Positions 46,806 through 62,322 are shown, numbered from the stretch's first letter. The stretch is 64,000 nucleotides of DNA from Bigelowiella natans CCMP2755 (GCA_000320545.1 ADNK01001076.1:193139-257138), one strand, 5' to 3'. Numbers and translations: made by a program. Notes: generated by a model not told the origin, from the letters alone.

Positions 46806-47182
46806 ATCATACTTAGTGATATCATTGTTTAACCCAAATGCTAGTCATCATCACTGACGAAATGCTATTACTGCTACTACTACTACTACAGTTCAGGTGT
46901 TGGCGGTAAATCCAATCTGGATGACGTGATGAAGGGCTTCGCTCAAGGTGTAAAGGTCATTGCTGGGGATGTTACTGATAAGGCAAAGTTGGACGCTGTT
47001 ATGCCCGAAACCGATGTCGTAGTATCGTGCCTTGCAAGCAGGTAGTAAAACCACCACCACCACCACCTCTTATAATTATAACCACACATCAAAGTGCTAG
47101 TTTATATTGGGAACGTGCCCTTCTCGCCCAACGGTGGCTATTTAATATACTGATGCATCTACAACGACAGCATTAACACGCG

Positions 47183-47266
<84 letters not shown>

Positions 47267-48812
47267 TGAAGCTTCGTTATCATTTTCTTCTTCTTCTTCG
47301 TTTTTAGAATGGTTGTTGATGTTGTTGTTGTGATCTGGAAAGGACTGGTGGCATCCAGGACTCATGGTTGATCGATTATGAAGCAACCAAGAACAGTATG
47401 AATAGCGGCAAGGGTAGTAGTAGTAGTGGTAGTAGTAGTAGTAGTAGAGGCATCCAGTAGTATGCGATATAATAATGATAATAATAATAATAATAATAAT
47501 AATAATAGCAGCTCACTAGCAGTTAATGTACTAGTAGCAGCAGCACAATAGTAGTTGTTACAGTGTGGATGGATGGATGGATGGATAATGATTAAGGGTG
47601 CTTTTTTCTATCTTTTGTAAATGTAATTTTGCTCTTCTTCTTCTTCTTCTTCTTCTTTTGTAAATGTAATTTTGCTCTTCTTCTTCTTCTTCTTCTTCTT
47701 CTTCTTCTTGAAAATAATATCCCCCTTCTCTCTTTTGAATCATCCTTCAGAGAAAGGTGCGACGCAGTTTGTACTTCTTTCCGCCATTTGCGTGCAGAAG
47801 CCGCTACTCGAGTTTCAAAGAGCCAAGCTGCGCTTTGAAGAAGTAGTAATCGTAGTAGCTTTTACTAATCTGTAGTTGTACGCATCACCGTCACCATCAT
47901 CATCATCATCACCACCACCACCACCTATTCCATCCTTCCCTAATAACATTATTATAGTACTACGCAACACTGTTTTATTATTGTTGTTATTATTATTATT
48001 ATATCTATCGTATACTTCATCATCACCATCATCATTATCATAGAGTAGGAGTTTGAATAAAGTCTTTTGTCGTCTTCGTCTCCATAGCACCCTTGCAGTG
48101 CTACTTAAGATTTTTATGATGAATGGTATCATTGCTGTTTTTCAGGAATTGATGAATTCCGGGCTAGATTACTCCATTGTACGCCCTACTGCCTTCTTTA
48201 AGTCGCTTGCAGGACAGATCGAAAACGTCAAAAATGGTTGACAGTAATTGTCTATCTGTACAACTGTTCATCTGTATGTCCGTTGCTTCTTGCTCGGTCG
48301 TCGTCGTCGTCGTCGTCATTGTTCCGACCGTATAAAGTATTCCAAGTTGTTGAGAAAAATGGAGAGAGAGGGCAGGGGAATTTGCAGCAGCTCCGTCAGT
48401 CGTCACTTTTCTACTACAACTACAACACAATATTTTCCTAATTTTGTCATCACTTCTTCTACTACAACTATAACACACTATTTCCTACTGCTACTGCTGC
48501 TACTACTACTACTACTACTACTACTACTGCAAACACTATTTCTTCCTCCTCCTACTGCTGCTACTCCCTTCTTCTCTGCCTATTCCTGGAAACATCCTTA
48601 TCCTTCTACTCCTCCTCCTCCACTTATTATCATTGCTAAAATTAATATTTTCGTGCATATCATTAGTATTATTGCTGTTATTATTATCCTCCTAGATATA
48701 GATGATGATGATGATGATGAATGTCAGGAGGCCCATATGTGATGTTTGGTGACGGGGAGTTAGCCGCATGCAAGCCCATCAGCGAAAGGTGGTATTTTTA
48801 TTATTATTTATC

Positions 48813-48843
<31 letters not shown>

Positions 48844-49925
48844 TGTGGATGATAATATTAAAACAATCAATCAAATATATACTAATTCTTCTTCTTCTTC
48901 TTCTTGTTCAAACTACTACTACTACTACTACCCAATACAGAGACCTTGCTTCATACATGGCAGAGTGTATCACAGATTCCTCACTTCAGAATAAGATCTT
49001 GCCAATCGGAGGGCCTGGTGAAGCACTTACACCTTTGCAGCAGTCTGAGATACTCTTCCAAGCTGCGGGTGTCCCTCCCAACACAATCAAGGTGTTGCTA
49101 ATCGATCATTATCATCATTGTCAAAATCATTGTCATCATCATCATATTATATTATTCTTCTTCTTACTTCTAGGTCCCGATTCAGATTATGGATGGTGCG
49201 ATTTGGGTGTTTGATCAGCTTGCAAAGGTAGGTAGGTAGGTAGGTAGGTAGGTAGGTAGCTCTGCTGTTACAGGATATAATATCACTGCATACATATGAC
49301 ATCATCATTGACCAATAGCAATGATAAGTACTAGTAGTAGAACTCAAGATTCACTAAGTCATTTCTTCCTTCCCCTCTCCTCTATGGTTGCTGTTAAATC
49401 TAAGGTCTTCAAAAACCTCGAAGATGCTGCCGAATTTGCCAAGATTGGAAGGTGATAATAGAAATGAATATGATAAGAACCTATGGTTGTCATGATGATG
49501 ATGATGATGATACAGAAGAAGAAGAACAAGAGTAATAATATAGCTCTCCAGAATGAATTCATTCGTGGCTTCTTAATATTAAAGTTTCAACTACTATTAT
49601 ATTTTTTGGTTTAATTTGGATAAATATAATTATTTAACATAATAAACAAACGTATATATTTATACGCCTTAATATGTGCAATTGCAGCTCTTCATAATGA
49701 CATATTGGGTGCGAACCAAAAATGATGATATTTACGATGCGAATGAGATAATTTATCAATTATGTACCTTTGGCTACTACAGATATTACGCCGCCGAAAG
49801 TATGTTGATGTTGGACGATAAAGGACAATATAATTCAGAGATTACGCCGAGCTACGGCAACGACACTCTTCAGGTATTAATCAAATAACTATCTTATCGA
49901 TATGTCCACACGTTTCTCTCACTCA

Positions 49926-49963
<38 letters not shown>

Positions 49964-50076
49964 TAATATATGATTTATATTACCAAAAGGATTTTTTTGA
50001 GAACTCAATTAAGTATGGACTGAAGGGACAGGAATTGGGCGACCAGGCTGTTTTTGGAATTAATAAGAAAGACTAG
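45335..50076 (+). CDS. DVR: Divinyl (proto)chlorophyllide a 8-vinyl reductase, NADPH-dependent (BciA type), 14 exons, plastid-targeted
   Basis: Spliced [23 protein letters not shown]|[81 protein letters not shown]|[19 protein letters not shown]. All introns GT-AG and in phase. Exon 1 (45335-45452) encodes a signal peptide. Confidence 0.95.
46067..46193. repeat. Intronic minisatellite, 43 bp x 3
   Basis: gtacttgatgctttttattctc(t/g/c)ccaataagatattttaaatt starting at 46067, 46110 and 46153. Confidence 0.9.
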
Positions 50077-50399
50077 CTCAAGAACACCATATTACGAATG
50101 AATTCGCTGTAATCTAGAATTTACTATGATGTTGCATGAAACGCGGAAAATATTCCAGGCGAAGAGGAAGATTAAACTCCAACATGTCAATGTATCGTAA
50201 TAAATATCATCAAGTAAAAATCAGGAGATTCTAATACACACAGACACAAATTCTTGAGCGTGCATTTACGACATAGTATATGCGTCCTATGGACTACTTG
50301 CTATCAAAATGTGTGCTACGGCTACGACTACACCATCTAGAACACTTAATGTGCTCTTGGTTGACAACAAATGTAACGGTAGCAACACGCTTGATTGAC

Positions 50400-51700
50400 A
50401 AGCAGCCGTAAATAGGGCATCAAGGTGTGGTGTGCATGGCGTACGAATGCATGTGCATGTGTAAGACGTACCTAGGTACGGGTGCAATGCAATCAAATTG
50501 AATTTGTTCAATGGTTATCCTCATGTAGCTGTGCAACAAGCGGCCACAGTGCTAATGTTTAATCTGTTGGTCTCCGCTATGATGTGTTTCATGCAATCAA
50601 ATGCATGTTATTTCGGTCTTGAATGTCGCACATTTCGTGTAGCAGGGCACGTTTCCTTCTCAAGGCAATAAGTCAATGTTTTCGTTTCATCGTCACGCAT
50701 CACCACGTGGCAGTGAGCTGATTCCTCAAGCAGCGTTGATGTGTGGCGTGCAATGGGCAAGGAAGCAAATGATCCACATCTTCAATGACGTTGCGCACGC
50801 TGCGCAGCGTGCTTTGTCTGCAGTGCACAATCCTCTTGAAAGTTTGAAGTTGCCACTGTTGCCGACACCCCCATGCTAGCATGATGTAGCAACACTAGGC
50901 AGCTTGAGCCTGTGTGCGCACAGCTCTTTTGTCTTGCACACATTGAACCGATGATCCAGCAGGGGATGGATGCACAAGAACTGGAAGGCATGAATGCCCA
51001 ACTCTAGATCACCCTAGACCTGCTTGCCTGCATGCATGCCAGAATGCCCATGCATGTACCTACACTGAGTGCATGAGACTTATTGCGGACGTTCGCGTGC
51101 ATGCGCCCCAACATTTCAGCCACGGTAGCGCTGCTACCCAGATGCATCGCAGACGCATGCATGCATGGTCTAGATGGCATGCACGTAGCTCATTAGCTCG
51201 AGTGTGGGTATCTCATTCCACACGTGCACATTGCAACAACTACGTGCACCGTTCATTCACAACCTACATGTCATCTAGATTGTGCGGTGCGCATGCACCT
51301 CAGTGCATCGTGATTAGGTGCTGGATGAGTTGGCTGGCTAACCCAAGCGCCGCTGCTACGATGAACACACATGTCATCAACTCAACTCATGTCTAGATCC
51401 ATGCGCATCGCAGTAGTTGCGTTCAGAGTAGCATCAAATTTGTTGCTAACAAATTGTTTGAGAGTTTGTTCAGTTTTAAACATGGCGGCTTTTCTTCGGT
51501 GAGTCGACACATTTTGTCAATTATGCATGCTAGCATGCAACCGATCTAAAGATTCTGTTGAATTTTTCTGGAATCATGTGAAACTGTAGTGCCAAACATC
51601 AATTTGGTGCAACAGTTTAATGATGTTTGCCGAACAAGGTCCAACTTTACAACACGTGATGCATGCGATGCAACAACAAAATTTTTACTTCTAAATTTGT
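50400..51700. other. Partially TpA-depleted block containing a probable non-LTR retroelement fragment
   Basis: Surviving TAs are mostly CTAG/CTA/TAG; minus-strand VIEDVDHLLPCPLHA resembles a LINE C-terminal zinc knuckle. Confidence 0.75.
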
Positions 51701-51708
51701 TTCCTCTG

Positions 51709-51753
<45 letters not shown>

Positions 51754-52299
51754 TACTGGCTCATCACTTCCACGCTGTGACGGTACGTTGCCTGTTCCAA
51801 TGCACGTTTCAATCAAGTGATTGTGATGAAGAAAAAAAAGTGAGTGCATTGCTAGAGTGATCCAACAAATCAAGGAAGGAGCATTGTCGTCACATTCAGG
51901 CGCATCTACCTGTGCGTGGTGCCATGAGGCTCTCATTTTAACTACAACTTGAAGAAGGAAAAAAACAAGATCAGAGGGGGAAAAGGGGGCGGTGGACGAA
52001 ATGCGATAAGAGCGATGTACAACCACAAAAAGAAAAGTGAGGGTGAGGGGAAGGGGTTGGAAAATGGAGGAATGAAAGAAGAGTGAAGAATCAACATGAA
52101 ATGAAAAATATCAAGGGAGGAGTCAGGAAGTGTTAAGATATATCATTGTGGAAGGAAGAAAGATGATCATGTTGGTTGATGATCTCAGTTATGCTCCAAC
52201 GAAATTAATTATATAATTAGTAATACGTCATAGTAACAAAAGCAAAACAAAAAGATTTATGGACATCATCAGCATCATCATTGTTGTTGTCGTCCTACT

Positions 52300-53076
52300 T
52301 CTCCAGCAAGAGCCGATGCTAACGCTAAGCTGAGCACGCAAGTTGTTTTCTCATCATCCTACAACATAAATTAGTAGCGGAAAAGTAGGATCACTGTTAT
52401 ATAAGCACCATCGACGACGAGAGTGTCTAGGAGGTGCTTCTTGCATTGATGCTACTATGTATCTCATTTCAAGCATCATCATCATGGTGCTGGGAGGAGG
52501 AAAAGATTGACGACGACATAAGCTACTACACCTAAACACTCATGCCTCATCGTCGTTATCATCGACGTTAAAAGTTATGACAACTTTACTGGAAATAGCA
52601 ATACATGCAGTTGTTCCTTCAACGCTTATCATAAACATGGACTGCCCACGCAACATACTCTTCCTCCCACTGCAACTACTACTACTGGCAGTGTTTCAAG
52701 AAATGATTGGGCAGCTACTCGCTCTCTCCCCCCCCCTAACCCCCTCCCACCCTCTTTCTCTCTCTCTTGTAGTGAGTAGTAGTATTTGTACTACCATGGG
52801 ATCCAACTTTGTTCCTTGTACATGTGCTATCATTCTGTATTATTATCAGAGGTACAGAACTTCTTCAGACATCATTTCGTATAGCAAAGTCAACTATCAC
52901 GTGACACAATATTGTAACGAAAAAGGGCATGATTTCATAATAATATATGATAATAAAAATCACTTTGATGGGATCCTGCTGCTGCTATTATCATTTTTGT
53001 CACAGTCATTCTTTGATCTCCGTAATTTTCGAAGAATCTGAGATAATTGTTATGTGTTTAAGCAAGTTAGTTTTCA

Positions 53077-53131
<55 letters not shown>

Positions 53132-53135
53132 GCAC

Positions 53136-53175
<40 letters not shown>

Positions 53176-55026
53176 CACTTATTATTATCATGGATAAATA
53201 TAAACTTTAAAAAAAAATGTCCACCACCATCTCATCACAGCAGCATTGTTCGGTAATCTCACGTTACGTTTGTATCATCGTTTGTATTTTTTCTCTCAAA
53301 ATGAAAAGCTTAATGATATCATATTCCTTGCTACCTTCATATTAACATCAACGATACTTTTTGTTCCTTGCAGTAATTGGATTTCTCTCGCAAAAGGCGA
53401 ATCAGGATTGATTGTTGTAGCATCAAAATCGATCTGCTGAGCAATTTGCTCCTCAAAGGTAAGAATGACATCCGAAAGTGCCTATAAGATGACGGGATAA
53501 CAAATCAAATCATCGATAGGAGAACGACGTTGCGTTGTTCAGATGGAGATGAGTAGTACAAGGAGAGGGCAGAGGAGCACTTGACAAAAGTAAGCAAGGG
53601 GACAAAAAAACATACATACATTAGGGTAATAGTCAAGGATGATAGAAGTTATCATGATATTATTATTATGAATACGACGGAGAAAATCGTAGTATAAGCT
53701 TAAAAAAAGGAATGGAGATAAACAGCAAGCAACTAATCTATGGTATTCATATGTTCTATCTATTATGTACGTGAGTAGCAAGGCAGTATTTGCGAGGTGA
53801 GTCTGCCTCGAATTGAATGTAAGGGAGAAAGTGCTGCTGCTGCTGCTGCTGGATATGATTAATCTGGGGGTCTTGATTGTGGTGATTATAGTTGCTCTTG
53901 TAGCCCTTTGCATGACCCGAACCATACCCAACATTGTCAGTGTAATTATTATCATCACCGTAATCATCATCATCGTCATCATCATGTTTGCCAGTCCTTC
54001 CAATGAATTTTGTTGAAATTGAAGCAGAAAACAAGAGTTCACTCAATAATGTATGATCGAAGACGTATGATGATGTGCCAGTAGTAGTGTCCTTATTATT
54101 TGTCGTCGTGACATTCCTGCTTGAATGCTTCTCCTTCTGATGATGATAACGATGATCTATGCCACTGTGATGATGATGATGACGATGATGGCTAGTGTAT
54201 AAAGTACGGTGACTTTTATTGTAGTCTTTGCCAACATCCATATTACAAGGATGTAGCGGTGATGAGTAGAGCTTTGAATACTTATCCAGAAACTAAAATT
54301 AGTAGAAACACAAGCTTATACAATTGCTGTAAATACATAAATACAACAAATGTGGGATGGGATGACTATGGTCGTTGGGACAAAGAATCTGTTCAAATGC
54401 TGTGTCAACAACATGATGCAAAAACACATCTCCATTCTGACTACTTCTTAGAATTTGAAGTAGTGTGAGAATTAGTAGTAGTAGTAGTAGCAGCAGTAGC
54501 AGTATAAGTACCTTAAATGGTAAATCCCACATCCAAGTCGGTATTGCATCATGGTTGGCTTCTTCGTCGGAGATAACCACATCAACATTATCATCATCAT
54601 CATCATCGTGATTTCTATAGTTTCTAATTCCTCCTCCTCCTCCCGCGGAAAAGGGTAGGTATTCGTCATCTTTTTGGTGATGTAGCCGTCTTTGTTCCTG
54701 CTCCTTCGCACCACCTCCAAAGACACTTTGTACGGCTGCATTGTAAAACGATGACGATAAAAACTATAAGAAATTTCGACTTATCGAAATCACAGCATGT
54801 ATGATTACATGACATGAGGGGGGAAGATGGAAATTAGTATCGTTACTACTGCCCTCTGAAACAACAACAACAACAACGGGGAAAAGAAGTGGTACTATTC
54901 TTTCACAATTAGGAATATAACCTTTGAATATCAGGCAAGAAGACCATAAATCATCTGTTTTATAGAGAAATGGATGTTCATAACGATTATCTTTGATATT
55001 TTGTTCATACGGATATACACATTCGT

Positions 55027-55067
<41 letters not shown>

Positions 55068-57110
55068 TACTTCGAATATACATTTATATGGTACGATAAA
55101 CACACGCTGGGAAGATTCACAAGCAAGACGATAAATTTACGAAATAGGCATTATTACCAAAATTATCACGGCTAAGGAAAAAGCATCTTGCCAACAATAG
55201 TAATAGTGAATATTTATGATGATGGGAGTTTTAATAATAATACAAGAAATTAGAGGCTAGAAAGAGTGAAATCGGTATTATTATTTTTTCAGCGGTTGAA
55301 GTGACTACCAAACATGGTAATTTCTCCAAATTCCGGTGATAGGAACATAGAAATTGATTTCATTGAAGAGGATAGCAACGATGAAGACTGATTTCCATGA
55401 TGATGGTAATGATGATGATGACTATGATGATGATGATGATGATGATGATCCAGTTGTCCTCCGTCATCATCTCGTTGGTGGAAACTCTCACATTGCTGAG
55501 AGACCGTACTTTCTGATAGAGCCTAAAATCCATAAAAACATCAACAATCAAATAAAAATCGAAATATATTATTTGCTTATTTGCTCATTTTCTTGGAAAA
55601 AATACGCAAATGCTTTGCAGTACAATCAAAATCAAATAAATGTTAGTACCACCAACAACCTATAATCAGGTTAGGTGGTTACCAATTCTTCAGTCAGTCA
55701 ACAGATGCAGACATGTATATAAACGCAAGGACTTGTTACTTCTGTGGTAGAGTTTTCAACTCAAACTACTATCAATTACCGATACATAGCTACTACTTAC
55801 CTTACTACCTACCACTCATAGTCTAACAGGCTGTGAATATTGTTATTATTTATTAATAATAATAAAATACCGTTATCAACATGAAACCGTCGACAAGGGT
55901 TGTCTCCGCTTTTCTAAGATCATTGGCCAACATTTCCATAGCTCTTTCAAGCGCTAGTGCATTCTCAAATAGAGATAGCATTCTCCTCCTCCTCCTCCTC
56001 CTTTGCTGCTGAGCAGAAGAAGAAATAGAACCATCCCTGGAAGAATAGTATTCGCCAAATTTCCTAACTTCCTCCTCCTTCTCTTGGAATGACAACAGCT
56101 TACGGTTATGATGATATTCATCAACATTTTCAGGATAGTATTTTACTCCAGCAGTATTTTCTAATTCTTCTTTTTCTTCTTCTTCTTCTCCTTCGTCCAA
56201 GAAACTGGCAGTACTACTTATACTACCTTCGTTGAATCGTGAATTTGTTTCATGAAGAAGATGTTTACTATTTTCAGTGCTACTATTATTGTTACCATCT
56301 ACTACGGTTACTGCTGCAGCAGCACTACTGGTAGTATGTTGAGGATGATATTGATGATAATATCCTGTAGAAGTAGTAGTAGTAGGTTGTTGCTCAAATA
56401 ATGATCCAATATTTGTTTCAAGGAATGATGATGATGATGATGATGAGGATGATCCACGAGAAGATAGTAGACGATAATTTTCTTTGTGCTTCCCCCCCAT
56501 CTGAATATTCCTATCTTCATCGTATTCATCCAAGCTTCCATCTTCATCATCATCATTGTTATTCTGATGAGTGCTACTACTTTTGTCGTTGATGAGACTA
56601 GCATCATCAGTATCCATATTCTCTCCTCCCAGCAGAGCAATCGGCTTAAACAAATTGTTATCAGGAATCATAAACCCAAGCTTTCGCTGCGCTTCAGCAT
56701 CTTCTTCTTCACTGAGCAGATGATGGTGGCAAAGTGAGGAGGTAACAATCAGTGAGAAGAATCATTCACTAAATAATGAACAAACTGAATCAAACGAATA
56801 TCATTGTAAGGAAACATTTCTGGGTCTACTGTTTCATTCATTAATACTGATTAACATGCTCATTGTAATGATGTTGGTAACTGGCGTCGTCCTACTACTA
56901 TCCTACAACACTCTTACTACTTTCCTCCCTCTTCTCCCACTCTTACTTATATCATAGCAGAGTATTAGTAGTATTTGTAGTATTCGTTGTATTCATAGTA
57001 GATTCTTAGTAGTTGTAGTAGTTGTTGTACAACTTGCTCTTTTTGAAGAATCATCTTCCTTCATCTTCTACCTTGTTTGCTTTGCCTTAAGCTGTTTGGA
57101 TGATAGTCCC

Positions 57111-57141
<31 letters not shown>

Positions 57142-58080
57142 GTATTATACCAAGAGCAATTTTCTTCTCGTGGATGTAGTCAGAACTATGTTTGAAAGCC
57201 ATATGTCTAGCTTTCGAGAGTGCTCTTTCATATGGTGATAGTGATGCTGCTTGTAGAGAAGAGCGATGATGATGATGATGATGATGTTGTTGCAGTTTCT
57301 CCAACCGTCCTTTGTGACTATTTTTCCTCTGCTGTGTCAATTTGGATTTGAGCAAATCCTGAAATAGCTCATAAATTCCTGCATTGGTTTAGGACAATAA
57401 CTTTGTGAGAAGGCAGCAGATGAATTAGAGAACAACACTAACAAACTAATGTTCGCAGTACCTGCAGGAAGAGCAAATATAGATTCATCTCCTTCTCGAG
57501 ACAATTCAGACATGATAGTCTGCAAAGGATGATGATTTAACCAACGATCATTAGGGTGATAACAAATATGATAATAATGATGATGATGGTGGAGAAGATA
57601 AGGTATCCAATGCTTTAATCTCCAATGTAATCACGAATAAAGTTTATGAGCCACCACCAAAAATAACAAATTCATGGCAGTATTAATATCGAGATGATAG
57701 TGAAAGAAACATAAATTTAAATTAAATTCTTGCAAAAATTATATTGCTACCTATTTTAATGGTTCAGAATTGTTAATTCGTATGATGACAGTGATGATTG
57801 ATCGTTGAGATGATGATGATGATGATGAGGATGAGCATGATGTAGGATAATCAATTATTTCAGTCTATTGGGGTTATGTGACAAAGTACTCGAGTATTTT
57901 CTGAGAATGATGATGACAGTGCTTCTTCTTCCTTATTAGTAATTGCTGCTGCGTCGTCTTCTGCTACACTTTTTCCAATGCCGCTATCATGAATATAGAG
58001 AGCATTAAAATTATAAATGATGATCACCAATATAGGATGCATTCATCAATTCGGCAAAGGATAAAGTACGGCATGCAGCA

Positions 58081-58140
<60 letters not shown>

Positions 58141-58400
58141 CTCAAAGTAGTCTTTAGATTACTACATTTTGGTGCGGTTATCATCTTTCTTTTCATTCAT
58201 CCTCGAATATTACCCGTCGTTTGCTGCAGCAGCATCATCTCCTTGGTCTTTTTCATAATGCGAATGCAGGTGCCTATGCCAGAATCCGTCAACTGTGCCA
58301 TCAGCAACCCCGCTGTTGCTGCCTTCTTGGCTTATTTCCTTTGGTAATAATTGACAGTTATTACGCATTATTATCGGAGGGCAGCAAGAAAGATGGTGCT
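52300..58400 (-). CDS. Large multi-exon uncharacterised protein; boundaries approximate
   Basis: Protein-like exons with splice sites: 55853-56671, 54890-55000 (RYEHPFLYKTDDLWSSCLIFKGYIPNCE), 54500-54740, 53756-54241, 53335-53480 (ALSDVILTFEEQIAQQIDFD..). No family recognised. Confidence 0.5.
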
Positions 58401-58439
58401 CGTCGTGGTAAAAGTAGAGGTGAAAGTAGAAGTAATAGC

Positions 58440-58470
<31 letters not shown>

Positions 58471-58615
58471 ATAGTATTTTATTTCATTGTAGTTGGGTTA
58501 TTTATGAGCAGATCATCCTACAATAAATACTACTATTACTACTACCACTACTACTACTACTGCTACTACTATTCCCGTTTTATTATCTAATAATAAATGT
58601 GAATGCTTTTACGGG

Positions 58616-58647
<32 letters not shown>

Positions 58648-58779
58648 CGTACCTGATAGCTTTTTAAAGTGACTAATCCTTGTTGAATAGTCATCAATGC
58701 TTGGCATAGCTCAAGAACATTGTTGACCTATATTCATTATTAAAATGATGATGAGTTAGTTGACAACCGAACTATAAGA

Positions 58780-61700
58780 AACTATTACTCAAAGAAGTTC
58801 ATTTGTGATCTCCATATACTACCATACTAATGCTGTCAAACTTCTCCTCACAATATCATCATCCAAAATACTGGTACACCATTCACATTACTGATAGATA
58901 CTACCGGAAAAGCTAACGATTCCCCTACTGTTAAAGTAGCTTCAAACCCAATATATCTGCAATATAGAAAGAAGATGATGGTGAGCCTAAGCATTACTCT
59001 ATGATCATTCAACAACTACATTGTGATGAGAGATTATAGACATTTGCTGCTTTCACCAAAAGCATCATCATCTTATATTAGTCATTTGCAAAATACATCC
59101 GTAGCTGCTGCTACTACCAACGATACCGCTGCTTCTGTCACTATTATTACTTTAACTACTGCTGCTGCTGCTGCTACCACTACTAATACTACTACTTTAA
59201 ATTCGAAGCGTCAAAAATGAGCGTCTTCCCATTGTTAAGCGAGAATGCACAATTCGGCTTCTCAACCTAAAAAGGCAACAATAACAGAAGTTGATATCAA
59301 TGAGAAAGATGAAGGAGAGGGAGGAAAAGGGGGAAAAGTAGAAGAAAAAAGAAAAGATACAATGGGAGACTAAGTGGTGTTGTCTGGACAAGAATTTGAA
59401 ATACTGAGAAGGTAGTATCAGGAACAACATTCACAGTAGCACATAAGATAGATAATACAGCAATATCAGCAATAATGCAATAATTAAGAAATTTTAGTCG
59501 TAGCAGCATCTTACACTTCAACTAAGATCATTTGAAGCATCATTCCAACCATCATAGCTTTTTACTATTTCTCACGTACCACCTTTCGAATAACATCATA
59601 TATTTCTTCGATGAAGCATTTATGCATAGCTTTTGCTGCCAATGAATCAATGGGTAGGGGCCTAGTACTTATCTCCTCTTTCGCATAATAATACGAAGGA
59701 GATGCAACTTCATTGTCATTCTTCTTCTTCCTCCTCTTCTTGATGCTATTTCTTTTTGTGCTATATTTGCTCTTACCATTATTGTCATGATCATCAAACC
59801 GTGAAGCATCTGCATTATTCACATGTCTGCTGTTCTCAAATCGGAAATTTTCTGGTTGGTTGCTGCCTCTGGAAGAAGAAGAAGAAGCAGCAGTAGTAGT
59901 TGGAATTCTGCTCTTTACACCGTTCTTGTTTTTCCCTCCAAGATCATATGAGAGGTGGTGGCCAACATGGTTGTTTTGTCTCATGCTGCTCTCATTGTAA
60001 TGCGGACCGCTGTCGTCGATTTGGTTTTTAATTGCAGTAGTAATGGTAGCAATAGTAGTAGTAGTAGTAGTAGTAGCATTTGAGGAAGAAGAAGAAGAAG
60101 AAGTGTTGTGGGAAGGTTTATTTTCTTCCATATGATTCCCCCCTCTGTGAAGAGCCCTTAGTCCTCCTCCTTTGCCCTCTCTCTTCGTGACGGTCGAAGA
60201 AGTTAACGGCGTAATTGTTAGATCAGGAAGCAATCTTTTTTGATCAATGACCTAAATCATCATCGTGAGGTCAGTAGATCCAGCAGGGTATCATCGTATC
60301 AGAAATTATGCATCATCACCATAATCATGATCATCATCAATTGCTGTAATTATGGAAAAAATAATCTCATCTTAGCATAGAATCACTCGAATGGCACCAC
60401 TGTAGTTCTCAAACAAACCCTTTATCAAAACATACTTCGCTTGCTGTTTGGAAGCAGGATTGATTTTCTTCTGTGATCTTTGATTCTACGGATTATTACC
60501 TTTTTCTCCTCATTCTCACGATGATTCTCGTTCAATAAAATGTTAGATGCTGCTGCTTCCGTCGATCGCATTTTACTATTAAGGGTCGAAGAAAGCTTTT
60601 CTTTTTTACTTTCTCGAAATCTCTGGAGGGATGCCGCAGATGATAGTGACGATAACAATGATGATTTTGTAGTGGAAGAAGAAAGGGGAGGGTTGTCTGT
60701 TTCTTCCGCTCGTGTATTCACCACGTCATCCCCTCTGCTTTGTCCTAACGAATAGTCTAGAGATGATGATGATGATACGAAACTATCCAAAGAACCGAAT
60801 TCAGGAAGGTGCGAAGGTAGCTGTACGAATCGAGGAGCTGAAGGTAGTAGACTGCTACTGCTTGTTGTACCGCGTTTAGTACCCTTTGCCGGTGGTGGTG
60901 TTGTTACTGGATTTGTAGGATGAGTTGTGATCCCGGAGGAAGAAGCAATTGAACTATAACCTCCCGTCAATTGAGGCTGATATGCAGCATTAGGATGAGG
61001 AGGATTAGCAGTTGTGATGATAGAAAATTCCTTGGTTAGAATTGCTACTTTCAATGGGAGATGGCCATAATCTTCAGCAAATTCTGCATGGGAAGAGGTT
61101 ACTGGATCATAATGTTCTTGTAAGGGCGGCGCTGGAGCCAGTTTGTAATCTATTTGAAATAAATGTATTGTGGGTAGACAGCAATATTTGGAGGTTCATT
61201 AGCAACGGGTGTGCAATCGTGATGAGAATGTAGTATTTTTAAATAAAGTGCACCACGTATGAGCAGCAAATACAAGATTATTCAACTACATTATAAATTC
61301 TGTAGTATGCAGATAATAACAGGTGGTGCAATAAAGGATATCCACTCCATGAACATTCGTAATAATTTGTGTAAAATCGAAGTCGGTCAACCAGTTTCTT
61401 CATCATACCTTGACTCGATACTCTTTCTAGGAACTCACCGCTGTGACGTGGTGGTCGTCTTGTTAGGCCATATTTACGATTTACCGACGAATGACTCAAC
61501 GCAGGACTATCCATGACTGCAGCAGCAACACTGTTGATACTGCCGATAGACTGTTGATTCAACATCACTTTTCGTTGAGCTAGAGACCCTTGAATCAGAA
61601 GATTCATGATGTAGAGGATGATGCTACTCGTGATCACTCCGTTTGGACGGTGTGAATAAGTGCAAAAAGGATTGAACCAGATCATTTTTACTTCCTAATT

Positions 61701-61810
61701 TGTTGAATTAGCTCTCTGGTCCAGGATCACAACAATCCCTCCACCCTCGACCCCATAGTGAAAATGTCCGATGATGTGAGAGGGCACCTCATTGAAGTCT
61801 GGATGATTTA
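58780..61810 (-). CDS. Multi-exon uncharacterised protein, low complexity with hydrophobic segments; boundaries approximate
   Basis: Co-oriented ORFs 61278-61685, 60425-61054, 59565-60233 and 59297-59521. Confidence 0.45.
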
Positions 61811-62322
61811 TTTGGATATTTTATGGTAAATAAGATAGCATAAATTATTATCAACACAAAACATATCCAACAAGAAGAAGAGCAGGAACAGTCTGGACCA
61901 TTTGGCACAGGGAAAACATCACTGAAAATTGGACTTGTCATTGTAAGGTAGCCTAGGTTTTATTCAAAAATTCAAATTTCACAGGGGAAACGCCTGTTGC
62001 TAAATGCGATGGTTGATTCACACACTGCGACAGTTCACTTTCATTGATTTCTGCTCTAAACCCATCCTCACTAAGATGTACCACAAACACAATCGAAACA
62101 TATGATGACGACACGGAGAACGTACAACAAAAATGGCCTCAAAAACACAGATAATTGCCATGCTACGACTACATCCTCTGTATGTCGTACCATCAGAGAC
62201 CCAATGATGATGTACTGGCCTGTATCGATTTGCGTTTTTAAATTTTCAAACGGTGCCTACCACAAATCCGACTTGCAGCAGGAACGGAACCAACGCAACG
62301 CCTGATCTATTCCTGGATCAAA

